Shown piece after piece: positions 34,046-42,650 of a DNA stretch of 50,821 nt. This stretch comes from Candidatus Fermentithermobacillaceae bacterium (GTDB lineage Bacteria > Bacillota > Sulfobacillia > Fermentithermobacillales > Fermentithermobacillaceae), in NCBI GenBank assembly GCA_012842425.1, contig DUSU01000099.1:1-50821 (forward strand). The letters are read 5' to 3'. A program made the position numbers and the translations under genes. The notes beneath the pieces are model-generated. The model saw only the letters and a program-made list of their open reading frames with translations. It was not told where the DNA came from and did no database searches. Positions within the stretch are counted from its first letter, which is position 1; every line of letters begins with the position of its first letter.

Positions 34046-35601
34046 TGCGTAGGGCTATAGTCAGCGTGGCCGACAAGACAGGCATTATAGAGTTCGCCGC
34101 CCAGCTTGTGGAGATGGGGTGGGAAGTGATCTCAACCGGAGGAACGGCCCGCTTCCTAAAAGAAGGCGGAGTGACGGTCACCGAAGTCCAGGAACTCACC
34201 GGGTTTCCGGAGATCCTGGGAGGCAGGGTAAAGACCCTTCATCCGAAGATCCACGGGGGTATCTTGGCCCGACGGGACAACATATCCGACATGGCGGAGC
34301 TCAACGCCCATCAAATCACTCCCGTCGATATGGTTGTCTGCAACCTGTATCCTTTTGTGAAGACCGCCACCAGGCCGTCGGCCACTCTTGACGAAATCAT
34401 CGAGGAAATTGATATCGGCGGCCCAACGCTCCTTAGAGCCTCGGCGAAGAACTGGAACTGGGTTATCACGGTATGCAACCCTGCAAGGTACAACGAAATC
34501 GCCAGGCAGATAAGGCTTACGGGAGACGTCGACAAGCTCACCAGGCGCCAGCTGGCAGTTGAGGTGTTCAACCACACGGCCACGTACGACGCTGCCATAG
34601 CCTCTCACTTGGGCGGCCTGTGGAAGGGCTGGCCCCTGGATTTTCCCGAGGAACTGGCCTTTGGGTACAAGAAGACGTTCTCTCTAAGATACGGCGAAAA
34701 CCCGCACCAGAAGGCTGCATTCTATGAGCCCGTTATGGGGAGCGATATCCCCTCCCTGGCAGGCAGGCAGATCCAGGGCAAAGAGCTTTCCTACAACAAC
34801 ATAAACGACGCCGACAACGCCCTGAGGACTGTCTGGGACTTCCAGCCCCCGGCTTGCGTGGCGGTGAAGCACGCCACTCCTTGCGGCGTCGCGACGGGCG
34901 CCACGGCCAAAGAGGCCTTTGAGCGCGCTTTCGAAGCCGACCCCGTGTCCATTTTCGGCGGGGTCGTGGCTTTCAACTGCCCCGTCGACAAAGAGACGGC
35001 GGAAGCAATGAAAAAAGTGTTCCTCGAGATCCTTATGGCCCCCGAGTTCACGCCCGAGGCGCTGGAGGTCCTGAAGAACAAGAAGGACCTCAGGATTATC
35101 CCGATAGCCCCGGCCGGCTATGCAGGCGGGGCGAAGGCACCGGTACGCTACTCCGTAAGGTCTGCCATGGGCGGCATACTCGTGCAGGAGATCGATACTC
35201 TCTTGCCCGTGGACGAAGACTGGCAGGTAGTCTCCAAGCGGTCTCCGACAGACCGGGAGATAAGGGATCTCCGGTTTGCCATGACCGTGTGCAAGCATGT
35301 GAAATCCAACGCCATCGTACTGGCCAAGGATGCCGCGACGGTTGGCATCGGCGGCGGACAACCCAACAGGGTTGACTGCGTGCGGATCGCGGTGGAGAGG
35401 GCCAAGGAGAAGGCGCGCGGGTCGGTAATGGCCTCGGACGCTTTCTTCCCGTTCCCCGACTCTGTGATCGAGGCCGCCAAGGCCGGGGTATCGGCCATAG
35501 TGCACCCGGGCGGGTCCATCAGGGACGCCGAGTCTATAGCGGTGGCGGATGCCCACAATATCGCGATGGTCGTGAGCGGAAAGCGCCACTTCCTGCACTG
35601 A
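34045..35601 (+). CDS. purH: Bifunctional AICAR transformylase / IMP cyclohydrolase PurH
   Basis: RAIVSVADKTGI (MGS-like domain), RVKTLHPKIHGGIL, LRYGENPHQ, KHATPCG, PGGSIRD. The GTG start overlaps the purN TAG by 1 nt. Confidence 0.95.
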   Translation: MRRAIVSVADKTGIIEFAAQLVEMGWEVISTGGTARFLKEGGVTVTEVQELTGFPEILGGRVKTLHPKIHGGILARRDNISDMAELNAHQITPVDMVVCNLYPFVKTATRPSATLDEIIEEIDIGGPTLLRASAKNWNWVITVCNPARYNEIARQIRLTGDVDKLTRRQLAVEVFNHTATYDAAIASHLGGLWKGWPLDFPEELAFGYKKTFSLRYGENPHQKAAFYEPVMGSDIPSLAGRQIQGKELSYNNINDADNALRTVWDFQPPACVAVKHATPCGVATGATAKEAFERAFEADPVSIFGGVVAFNCPVDKETAEAMKKVFLEILMAPEFTPEALEVLKNKKDLRIIPIAPAGYAGGAKAPVRYSVRSAMGGILVQEIDTLLPVDEDWQVVSKRSPTDREIRDLRFAMTVCKHVKSNAIVLAKDAATVGIGGGQPNRVDCVRIAVERAKEKARGSVMASDAFFPFPDSVIEAAKAGVSAIVHPGGSIRDAESIAVADAHNIAMVVSGKRHFLH

Positions 35602-35614
35602 GGAGAGGACTCAT

Positions 35615-36961
35615 ATGAACGTTTTGGTAACCGGCTCGGGCGCCAGAGAGCACGCTCTGGCTTGGAGGATAGCCCGCAGCCCCTCCGTCCAACGCGTTTT
35701 TGTGGCGCCCGGCAACCCCGGAGTAGCCGCCATGGCTAACGCTGAGAACGTGTCCCTAGACCTGAAGCCGGAAGGGTACGGCGAGATAGCCCGGTTCTGC
35801 AGGGAAAAGGGTATTGAGCTCGTCGTCGTTGGCCCCGAGAACCACCTGGCCGACGGCCTGGCCGATTATCTGAGGGAGGCCGGCATCAGCGTGTTTGGCC
35901 CGGGCAAGCAAGGGACCATGCTGGAGGCCAGCAAGAGCTTCGGGATGGACTTCGCCCGCCGCCACGGAATCCCCCATCCGAAGTCCGAGAGTTTTGAGAC
36001 CTGCGATGAAGCCCTGGACTACGTGAGGAACATGCCCGGTCCCTGGGTCATCAAGGCCGACGGGCTTGCCCTGGGTAAGGGCGTGACGATAGCCACGGAC
36101 CGGGACGAAGCGCTTGAGACCGTTCGGAAGGTCATGAGTGAGGGAGCTTACGGAGAAGCCGGTCGCCGCGTTGTGTTCCAGGAGTTCCTAGAGGGCAGAG
36201 AGGTTACCGCCATGTGCCTCACCGACGGTGACTACATGATACCCCTCCCGCTCGCAAGGGACCACAAGCGGGTGGGTGAAGGGGACGTTGGGCCGATGAC
36301 CGGCGGCATGGGAGCGTTTTCGCCTGTCGATCTGGAGCCTTACGGGTCCGGACTGGAGGACGCCATCAAGACGGAAGTCCTGGAGAGGGCCGTGGCAGGG
36401 CTCAAGGCGGACGGGATAGACTACCGGGGCCTCTTGTACGCGGGCCTCATGATCACCCGGAGCGGTCCCAAGGTGCTCGAGTTCAACGTGCGGTTCGGCG
36501 ATCCCGAGACCCAGTGCGTGCTCCCGCGGCTGGAAGGCGACTTCGCCGAAGCTCTCCTATCCTGCGCTAAGGGAACGCTCAGGAGATATGCCTCGGGCGC
36601 TCCGGCCTCTTCTGGAGGCCCTCTCAGGGTTAGGGAAGAGGCTTGCGCGACGGTCGTTATGGCGTCCGGGGGGTATCCGGGGTCCTACCCAAAGGGTATT
36701 CCTATCTATGGCCTGACCGGAGATGAGGATGGAAGGCCGGCTCTCGCTTGTAAAGCCGGTTCCGGCGGACGAGACAGAGAGACAATCGTCTTCCACGCCG
36801 GGACGAAAGTTGACGGCGGAGTCCTGGTCACCTCGGGCGGGAGGGTCTTGAGCGTGACCGCCCTGGCTCCTTCCCTGGAAGAGGCCTTGAGACTTGCGTA
36901 TGACAAGGTTTCGTCCATAAGATTTGAGGGAGCTTTCTACCGGAGGGACATAGGAAGGTAG
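35615..36961 (+). CDS. purD: Phosphoribosylamine-glycine ligase PurD
   Basis: MNVLVTGSGAREHALAW, APGNPG, ATP-grasp VIKADGLALGKGV, GPMTGGMGAFSP, EFNVRFGDPE. Confidence 0.95.
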   Translation: MNVLVTGSGAREHALAWRIARSPSVQRVFVAPGNPGVAAMANAENVSLDLKPEGYGEIARFCREKGIELVVVGPENHLADGLADYLREAGISVFGPGKQGTMLEASKSFGMDFARRHGIPHPKSESFETCDEALDYVRNMPGPWVIKADGLALGKGVTIATDRDEALETVRKVMSEGAYGEAGRRVVFQEFLEGREVTAMCLTDGDYMIPLPLARDHKRVGEGDVGPMTGGMGAFSPVDLEPYGSGLEDAIKTEVLERAVAGLKADGIDYRGLLYAGLMITRSGPKVLEFNVRFGDPETQCVLPRLEGDFAEALLSCAKGTLRRYASGAPASSGGPLRVREEACATVVMASGGYPGSYPKGIPIYGLTGDEDGRPALACKAGSGGRDRETIVFHAGTKVDGGVLVTSGGRVLSVTALAPSLEEALRLAYDKVSSIRFEGAFYRRDIGR

Positions 36962-36969
36962 GTCTTGAG

Positions 36970-37470
36970 TTGTCTGCCAGAGTGCTGTCGAGAGTCGCGG
37001 CCTTGGCGGCGGTCTATTCGCTGCTCACGGTCCTGCCGCCCCTTAACGCGCTAGGATACGGCCCGATCCAGGTTCGAGTCGCCGAGGCCCTTACTGTCTT
37101 ACCTTTTGTGTTTCCGTGGGCGCCCTGGGGGCTTTACCTCGGGTGCATCCTGGCGAACCTCGGGAGCCCTTTTCTCGTGTGGGACCTTACGCTGGGGGCT
37201 TTTTCGAGCCTGGCCGGTGCCTTTCTCACTGGGAGGATGCCGTCTCCGCTCTTCGCGCCACTTCCTCCGGTCATCGTGAACGCCGTATTGGTGTCCATTT
37301 ACGTGGCGCCGCTTTCCGGGATGCCCTACCCGGTTGTCGCCCTCTATATTGCCGCCGGTCAGGCCGTCGCGTGTTACGGCCTCGGGTACCCGCTGCTCGC
37401 CTACATCCTCAGAAACCAGCGGCTCCGCGAGGTGTTGAGTGTAGAGCAAAGCCACGAGGGGGCTGTGTGA
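36970..37470 (+). CDS. queT: QueT-family (ECF S-component-like) queuosine-precursor transporter
   Basis: 166 aa with ~5 TM helices. IQVRVAEALTVLPF and CILANLGSP...DLTLGAFSSLAGAFL match my recollection of the QueT family. TTG start 8 nt after the purD stop. Confidence 0.6.
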   Translation: MSARVLSRVAALAAVYSLLTVLPPLNALGYGPIQVRVAEALTVLPFVFPWAPWGLYLGCILANLGSPFLVWDLTLGAFSSLAGAFLTGRMPSPLFAPLPPVIVNAVLVSIYVAPLSGMPYPVVALYIAAGQAVACYGLGYPLLAYILRNQRLREVLSVEQSHEGAV

Positions 37471-37537
37471 CCGGGCCGTCGGACTGGAGCATGCGCCTGG
37501 ACCGTGTGAGGCGCGAGACGTGTGACTTAAGACGCCG

Positions 37538-37918
37538 TCAGCGGACTACCGAATCCACTTCGCCTGTTCCGCCTTCCACCGTGATAGTCGTGTGATTGGG
37601 CACGCAGACTATTGACTGCCCCGGCCTTGAGACCCAGCCGGTTTTCCAGCATATGCCGTTGGGGCAGACGTGGGTGGGAAGCGGCAAAATGCGGACCTTC
37701 CCCTGCCCGAACTCAAGAGTTGCCGTTCCGCTCAGGATCTCTACTTCTTTCTGCTCCATCTGGGGACCGTCGATTCTAACCCTCAGGACTTCTTTTCCGT
37801 CTACGCGGACCACCGCCGTGAGATCGCTCGCGTCGCGCGGGAGGAACCTGAACCCGGCCCAGACGAGGATAGAAAGCCCTAGAGCCAGCGCGATTATTGC
37901 AGCATCACCTTTTGTCAT
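37538..37918 (-). CDS. NusG-domain-II-containing (DUF1312) small membrane-anchored protein
   Basis: MTKGDAAIIALALGLSILVW (TM) followed by CPNGICWKTGWVSRPGQSIVCVPN, the characteristic Cys pair of NusG_II proteins. ATG 37918 is preceded by GAAAGGGG. The ORF track extends to 38005. Confidence 0.7.
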   Translation of the reverse strand: MTKGDAAIIALALGLSILVWAGFRFLPRDASDLTAVVRVDGKEVLRVRIDGPQMEQKEVEILSGTATLEFGQGKVRILPLPTHVCPNGICWKTGWVSRPGQSIVCVPNHTTITVEGGTGEVDSVVR

Positions 37919-38015
37919 GACGGCGCCCCTTTCAAACGCCATTATACCAATTTGCCTCCTTCGTCTCTGCCGTGATCCGGAAGATTCTTCGCCGGAAAAC
38001 CCCAAGTTTCAACGG

Positions 38016-38044
38016 TTGAACTGGATTGTGAGTAGAGGTACAAT
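38016..38044 (+). promoter_or_regulatory. Candidate sigma-A promoter of the four-gene membrane operon
   Basis: TTGAAC (38016-38021), 17 nt, TACAAT (38039-38044). This would give a ~200-nt leader before GTG 38254. Confidence 0.45.
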
Positions 38045-38253
38045 AAAAGTTTAGCCATCCTTAGGGTTACGTCAGCAGGAATTATGCATACAAGGACGAA
38101 TATGATTTCAGCAAGGGCACGGAACTTCTCCGGACGCACCGGAGCCGTAACTTTAGACATGGCTTAGACACAGCACCTCACCCCGCACTCCTTTGTGTGT
38201 TTCCTGTGTTGTTGTTTTCGTGCCTCCAACTCACTGTTAGGAGGTGAAACAGA

Positions 38254-39084
38254 GTGTCAGAGTTTCTGCTTGCTGCTGAAGCCGTTCCACCCAAGCTGGG
38301 CATCTTCCGCCCCGTCAATAACACGGTCTTCTCGGTGCTCATAAGCATCGTCATGATCATCCTCGTGTACGTGATGATCAACAGGGCCAAGAAGGGCGAG
38401 AAGATTCCGGAGATCCGCAAGATCCCCGGCATCGAGGCGTTCGAGGAGGCCATCGGCCGCGCAACCGAGATGGGCAAGCCGGTCCACATGACCGACTACA
38501 GCACCGCTCTCGGTGACGACTCCACCTTCGCTTACTGGTCGTTCCTGGCGTACATCGCCAAGCAGTGCGCCCAGTACGACACCCGGTTCATCGCGACCGA
38601 CGCTAACTACCTGGTTAACGTCGTGAACCAGGAAATCGTTAAGCAGGCTTACTTGGAGGCCGGTAAGCCCGACGCCTACAACCCCGACGATATCAGGTTC
38701 ATCGCCGGTTCCCAGTTCGCTTGGGCGATGGGCGTCGCGGGTCTTGTCGCGCGCGAGAAGCCGGCGGCTCAGTTCCTGGTCGGTTACTTCTACGCTGAGT
38801 CTCTGATCCTCGCCGAGGCCGGAAACCTCGTGGGGGCCATCCAGGTAGCTGCTGCCAGCTCCCCTGCCCAGATCCCGTTCTTCGTCGCCGCTTGCGACTA
38901 CACCATGATTGGTGAGGAGCTTTACGCCGGCGCCGCCTATGTCTCCAGAGACCCGGTCATTATGGGTACTGTGGTTGCTCAGGACATAGTCCGCGTCTCA
39001 CTGTACGTGATCATCCTTCTCGGCGGCATCGTCCAGTGGCTGTCGCCGCAGAACAATTTCATCAGGAACTTCATCAACTTCTAG
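38254..39084 (+). CDS. Uncharacterised bitopic membrane protein (module A)
   Basis: 276 aa. GTG start 7 nt after AGGAGGTG (38239-38246). N-terminal TM (VFSVLISIVMIILVYVMI), a ~200-aa soluble domain, and a C-terminal TM (VSLYVIILLGGIVQWL). No family recognised. Confidence 0.8.
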   Translation: MSEFLLAAEAVPPKLGIFRPVNNTVFSVLISIVMIILVYVMINRAKKGEKIPEIRKIPGIEAFEEAIGRATEMGKPVHMTDYSTALGDDSTFAYWSFLAYIAKQCAQYDTRFIATDANYLVNVVNQEIVKQAYLEAGKPDAYNPDDIRFIAGSQFAWAMGVAGLVAREKPAAQFLVGYFYAESLILAEAGNLVGAIQVAAASSPAQIPFFVAACDYTMIGEELYAGAAYVSRDPVIMGTVVAQDIVRVSLYVIILLGGIVQWLSPQNNFIRNFINF

Positions 39085-39117
39085 CGCCTTTTGCACGCGA
39101 GTTGATGTTGGAAGGAG

Positions 39118-39780
39118 GTGCAGTCGGTGAGAAAAGAGATCCCGTTCGCCCTAAGCTTGATCTTCGCGGCCTTCAGGTTCTGCCTTGAGGCCTTTGAGGG
39201 TCCTTACAACTATGCTCTGGCATCCGGTGACAAACTTCTGAACGCCATGTCATGGGCGATGACCTTCATGTCCTGTGGTGCGCTTTTCCTGGGAGCGCTG
39301 AACCTTATCCGGATTCACTCCAACAACATCCGGAGGAAGAGGCCATACTGGCAGTTCAGTGTCTACCTCCTGGCTATCCTAGTGTACCAGTCCATCATGG
39401 GTCTGGCGACGCACCATACGGCTCCCGTGTATGCCTGGCCGTATAACGCTATCTACCTCCCGTTGGACGCCACGATGTTCTCGCTCCTTGCGTTCTACAT
39501 CGCTTCGGCGGCCTACAGAGCTTTCCGAGTGAGGAACGTCGATGCGGCCGTCATGCTCACGTCAGCGTTCATTCTGATGCTCGGTAACGTTCCGATTGGT
39601 GAAGTTATCTGGGGTCCTGACAAGTTCTTGGGCGGCTTCGCCGGAATCAAGAACTGGATCCTGCGCGTTCCCAACGCCGCCGGCAACAGGGCCATTACTT
39701 TGGGTATCTTCTTGGGAATCATGGCCACTCAGAGCCGTATACTCCTCGGCATCGAGAGGCGTCACCTTGGTCAAGAATAG
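39118..39780 (+). CDS. Uncharacterised polytopic membrane protein (module B)
   Basis: 220 aa with ~6 hydrophobic segments. The GTG start follows GGAAGGAGG. The C-terminal AGNRAITLGIFLGIMATQSRILLG resembles the C-terminus of the fourth gene. Confidence 0.8.
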   Translation: MQSVRKEIPFALSLIFAAFRFCLEAFEGPYNYALASGDKLLNAMSWAMTFMSCGALFLGALNLIRIHSNNIRRKRPYWQFSVYLLAILVYQSIMGLATHHTAPVYAWPYNAIYLPLDATMFSLLAFYIASAAYRAFRVRNVDAAVMLTSAFILMLGNVPIGEVIWGPDKFLGGFAGIKNWILRVPNAAGNRAITLGIFLGIMATQSRILLGIERRHLGQE

Positions 39781-39816
39781 CCTGACGCTCACTTAGGTAG
39801 CGGAAAGGAGGGAATA

Positions 39817-40671
39817 GTGTTGAAGTTCCTGGAGAGGTTCGATCAGATAAACCCCCAGATAGTATACTTGCTTATGGCGGTTGCCTTGATATTCCCGGTG
39901 CTTAAACCCATCGGATTGCCCCTGAGCATCGACCAGCAGCTCACAATGCCGGTTTACCAGTGGATCGAGAGCCTGCAGCCCGGCGACATCGTTATATTCG
40001 ATGCCGCATACGGTGGCGGTTCTGACTCGGAGCTTGGTCCCCAGCTCAAGGCTTGGTTCACCCACTGCATGATGAAGGGCGTCAAGGTGGTAGGTTTGGC
40101 GCAGTGGGAGGCCGGCGCCACTCTGGCTTACAACTCGCTGAAGGCCTTGTCGGAGCAGCTTAAGGCCGAAGGCATTCCCTGCGAGTACGGCGTCGACTGG
40201 GTCTTCCCCGGATACAAAGCCGGTGGCGGTCCCACCTGGAGATCCATGCAGGACGACTTCTGGGCCGCTTGCGGAAACGTTGACTGGGAGAAGACAGACT
40301 TCAGCCAGCTCCCGCTTTTGCAGAGGCTCAAGAAGTGGACCCCCGAGACTGTTAAGGGAATTATGTGCTTCTCTGCAGGTAGCCCGGGTATCCCCACGTT
40401 CACTCAGTACTTCGCCGATCACAAGCTGTACGTGGGTGACGTGGCGGTACAGGTCGCGGGAACCAGCAACCTGCTCCGTTCTGGTCAGGTTAAGGGTATT
40501 ATCCCCGGTCTGAGCGGCGCCGCTCAGTACGAGAAGCTGATTGGCCGTCCGGGACTCGGCGTCAAGCTCATGGACGCCCAGTCGCTGGGGCACTCGATCA
40601 TCATAATTTTGGTTATCCTTGGCAACATCGGTTACAGGCTCAAGATGCGTAACACGCAGAGGCGCGCCTAG
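39817..40671 (+). CDS. Uncharacterised bitopic membrane protein (module A')
   Basis: 284 aa, GAAAGGAGGGA RBS. Same architecture as the first gene (N-terminal TM, ~220-aa soluble domain, C-terminal TM SIIIILVILGNIGY). GDIVIFDAAYGGGSDSELGPQLKAWFTHCMMKGVKVV aligns loosely with GKPVHMTDYSTALGDDSTFAYWSFLAYIAKQCAQYDTRFI of gene 1. Confidence 0.8.
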   Translation: MLKFLERFDQINPQIVYLLMAVALIFPVLKPIGLPLSIDQQLTMPVYQWIESLQPGDIVIFDAAYGGGSDSELGPQLKAWFTHCMMKGVKVVGLAQWEAGATLAYNSLKALSEQLKAEGIPCEYGVDWVFPGYKAGGGPTWRSMQDDFWAACGNVDWEKTDFSQLPLLQRLKKWTPETVKGIMCFSAGSPGIPTFTQYFADHKLYVGDVAVQVAGTSNLLRSGQVKGIIPGLSGAAQYEKLIGRPGLGVKLMDAQSLGHSIIIILVILGNIGYRLKMRNTQRRA

Positions 40672-40704
40672 CGTCACCTGAAAGGGAAAGCGAGGTGAAA
40701 CTAA

Positions 40705-41307
40705 ATGTCTAGAACTCAAGTTTGGGTTGCGGCGCTAGCCACTTTGGCGTGTTACAGCTACCTGTACAAGGAGAACTTTTTCTTCAGGTTGGCAGAGCAC
40801 ACCATGATACCCCTGGCCGTTGCGCACGTCTTGACAACGGGTTGGCACAACACGTTCCTTCCCTACATCGAGACCCATGTCAAGGGCAAGGGCTGGTGGT
40901 GGTTCTGGATCTTCTTCGTGATGGGAGTTCTGTACTACGCCAGGTTCCTGCCGGCAAGGTGGGCATGGATAACCAGATATCCCATCTCAGTTAGTGTAGG
41001 ATGGTCGCTCGGATACTACTTCTCGCTGTTCCCGAGGCAGTACGGTGTTCAGATCGCCGACGCCGTGAGGGACCTTGGTGTGTTCGAGAACATCCTATTC
41101 TTCCTCATGTTCGCCACGTCAATGATGTACTTCTTCTTGACGGTCGGCGGCAACTCCAAACCCTTCCGCACAGCAGCGCAGTGGGGTAGATGGATCCTCA
41201 TGGTCGGTTTCGGCGCAAGCTTCGGCAACACCGTTTCCGGCCGTATCTCGCTCTTCCTTGGCAGGCTCTCGTTCCTCCTCACGGAGTGGCTGGGAGTGGC
41301 CCTGTAA
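40705..41307 (+). CDS. Uncharacterised polytopic membrane protein (module B')
   Basis: 200 aa with ~6-7 hydrophobic segments, rich in aromatic residues (GWWWFWIFFVMGVLYY). AAGCGAGGTGA RBS. C-terminal VSGRISLFLGRLSFLL. Confidence 0.8.
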   Translation: MSRTQVWVAALATLACYSYLYKENFFFRLAEHTMIPLAVAHVLTTGWHNTFLPYIETHVKGKGWWWFWIFFVMGVLYYARFLPARWAWITRYPISVSVGWSLGYYFSLFPRQYGVQIADAVRDLGVFENILFFLMFATSMMYFFLTVGGNSKPFRTAAQWGRWILMVGFGASFGNTVSGRISLFLGRLSFLLTEWLGVAL

Positions 41308-41330
41308 GAGATCGGTTTTCTGGGAGAGAA

Positions 41331-41365
41331 GAAGCCGGCGGATTAGCCGCCGGCTTCCTGTTTGT
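41331..41365 (+). terminator. Rho-independent terminator of the membrane operon
   Basis: GAAGCCGGCGG (41331-41341) pairs with CCGCCGGCTTC (41347-41357) around a 5-nt loop, followed by CTGTTTGTG. It begins 24 nt after the TAA. Confidence 0.7.
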
Positions 41366-41479
41366 GACTGCAGTGTGCCTCCCGTGCGATTCCTGAGTGA
41401 TTCCCGCGTGACTATTGTGTGCTACTCCGCGACTGCTGCGCGACCGCCGTGCGAGTAATGTGTGAGGGCTGAATGGGCA

Positions 41480-42109
41480 CTAGCTGATGCCTTCGAGCAC
41501 GAGAGAAGACCAAGACTCGAACTTGCCCAAGAGCCCGAGTTTTGATATCTCGACCCACGCCCCAAGCATTTTGTCGGTTTCTCTAACTGCAAGGATAGGC
41601 GCGGGGAGATGGACGACCGTTACGAGGCCCAAGTGGACCCTTCCTACGGCGTTCTTGTCGTCGTTTAGGAATCCCAGTACGGATATGGGTGGCTTTCCCG
41701 GGAAGCATACCTCTTCTTTGATCTCGCGCTGGGTATTGATTGTGACCAGGGCCTTGAGGTCGGCAATCCTACGTCTTCCCGGCCAGGTGATCTCTTTTGC
41801 CGGGTTCATGTGGCCTCCCACACCGATCGAAAGAAGCCCGTGGAGCCTCGACTCGCCCTGAGTTCCCAATCTTTTCATGACGAAGACCCGTCGGTCGGAC
41901 ACAAATAGGGTATAGGAGATGAGCTGCTTCATGGCCGGGTTTTCCTCAAGCTCCGGTCTCGGTCTGAAGACGCTTTTCCTGGCCAAGAACCGCCAGATCT
42001 CCGGTGAGTCTCTGCGCACTCCCCGCCACTCGCCGACCGCAGCGTACAGTTCTGCGGTTGGGACGGAGAGCACAAGTTCGTTCGGTACTGTGTGTTGTCC
42101 GGCGGTCAC
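41480..42109 (-). CDS. YmaB/COG4112-like Nudix-fold phosphoesterase
   Basis: 209 aa. KQLISYTLFV...VFVMKRL...GESRLHGLLSIGVGGHMNP...REIKEEV resembles, from memory, the YmaB-type MutT-family proteins. The GTG start abuts the upstream stop (TAAGTG). Confidence 0.5.
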   Translation of the reverse strand: MTAGQHTVPNELVLSVPTAELYAAVGEWRGVRRDSPEIWRFLARKSVFRPRPELEENPAMKQLISYTLFVSDRRVFVMKRLGTQGESRLHGLLSIGVGGHMNPAKEITWPGRRRIADLKALVTINTQREIKEEVCFPGKPPISVLGFLNDDKNAVGRVHLGLVTVVHLPAPILAVRETDKMLGAWVEISKLGLLGKFESWSSLVLEGIS

Positions 42110-42526
42110 TTAAGAACCAACCTCTTTCTCATCCAGGTTATACTTCAGTAGATCAAGTTCCTCTGTAAGCAGCCTGTCTCCTGCCGCGACAGTGAATGTG
42201 TATGTCTTTCCTATTTCAACAAGACGCCGGAAGGCCTTGTATAGATCCCTTCCTACGCGGCTTGCCGCATAGATCGAAGCGGTCAGGTGAGAGGGCTCCG
42301 CGTAGGCGAATACCTGGACGAGCACATCGCCTCCCGCGGGACGTACCCGCACCTTTACCTGTGTGTCGCCCACATAGACCTTCGGACCGCTCTCAAACGG
42401 ACGCGTCCCGTTCTGAAGAGATAGCACTATCTTTGCTGCCTGTTTGGCCTCTTCTTGACTCGGATAGCACACTGCGATGAAGGGGGACGGGAGAGGGTCA
42501 TCCGGGGTGTATTGTACGGCCCCCAC
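42110..42526 (-). CDS. Hypothetical protein (138 aa)
   Basis: The ORF is co-directional with and abuts the Nudix-like gene. No motif recognised. Coding-like composition. Confidence 0.55.
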   Translation of the reverse strand: MGAVQYTPDDPLPSPFIAVCYPSQEEAKQAAKIVLSLQNGTRPFESGPKVYVGDTQVKVRVRPAGGDVLVQVFAYAEPSHLTASIYAASRVGRDLYKAFRRLVEIGKTYTFTVAAGDRLLTEELDLLKYNLDEKEVGS

Positions 42527-42650
42527 TATTACCTTTGGGCGTCCTGCATGGAGCGCTCCTCCTCGTTTACTGCCGGAGCAGGTCGTCTACAAATACTATC
42601 ATATCTTGCTTGTCTTCATAATAACTTTTCACTAAGTGAGGTGGTGTCTT

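Noticed and set aside
34684-35598. 304-aa minus-strand ORF opposite purH, and similar ones opposite purM/purN (32904-33449, 33374-33946)
   Set aside because: They are antisense to unambiguous purine biosynthesis genes, and their composition is typical of high-GC shadow frames.
37942-38160. 72-aa minus-strand ORF with one hydrophobic segment upstream of the NusG-II gene
   Set aside because: The RBS-like GGTGAGGTG is 13 nt from the ATG. The ORF overlaps the promoter/leader of the divergent membrane operon and runs into the NusG-II upstream region. It cannot be excluded as a small membrane protein, but nothing supports it.
39793-40719. 308-aa minus-strand ORF opposite the third membrane-operon gene
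   Set aside because: The + strand gene has a strong RBS, TM helices and operon context. The minus-strand ORF has none of these.
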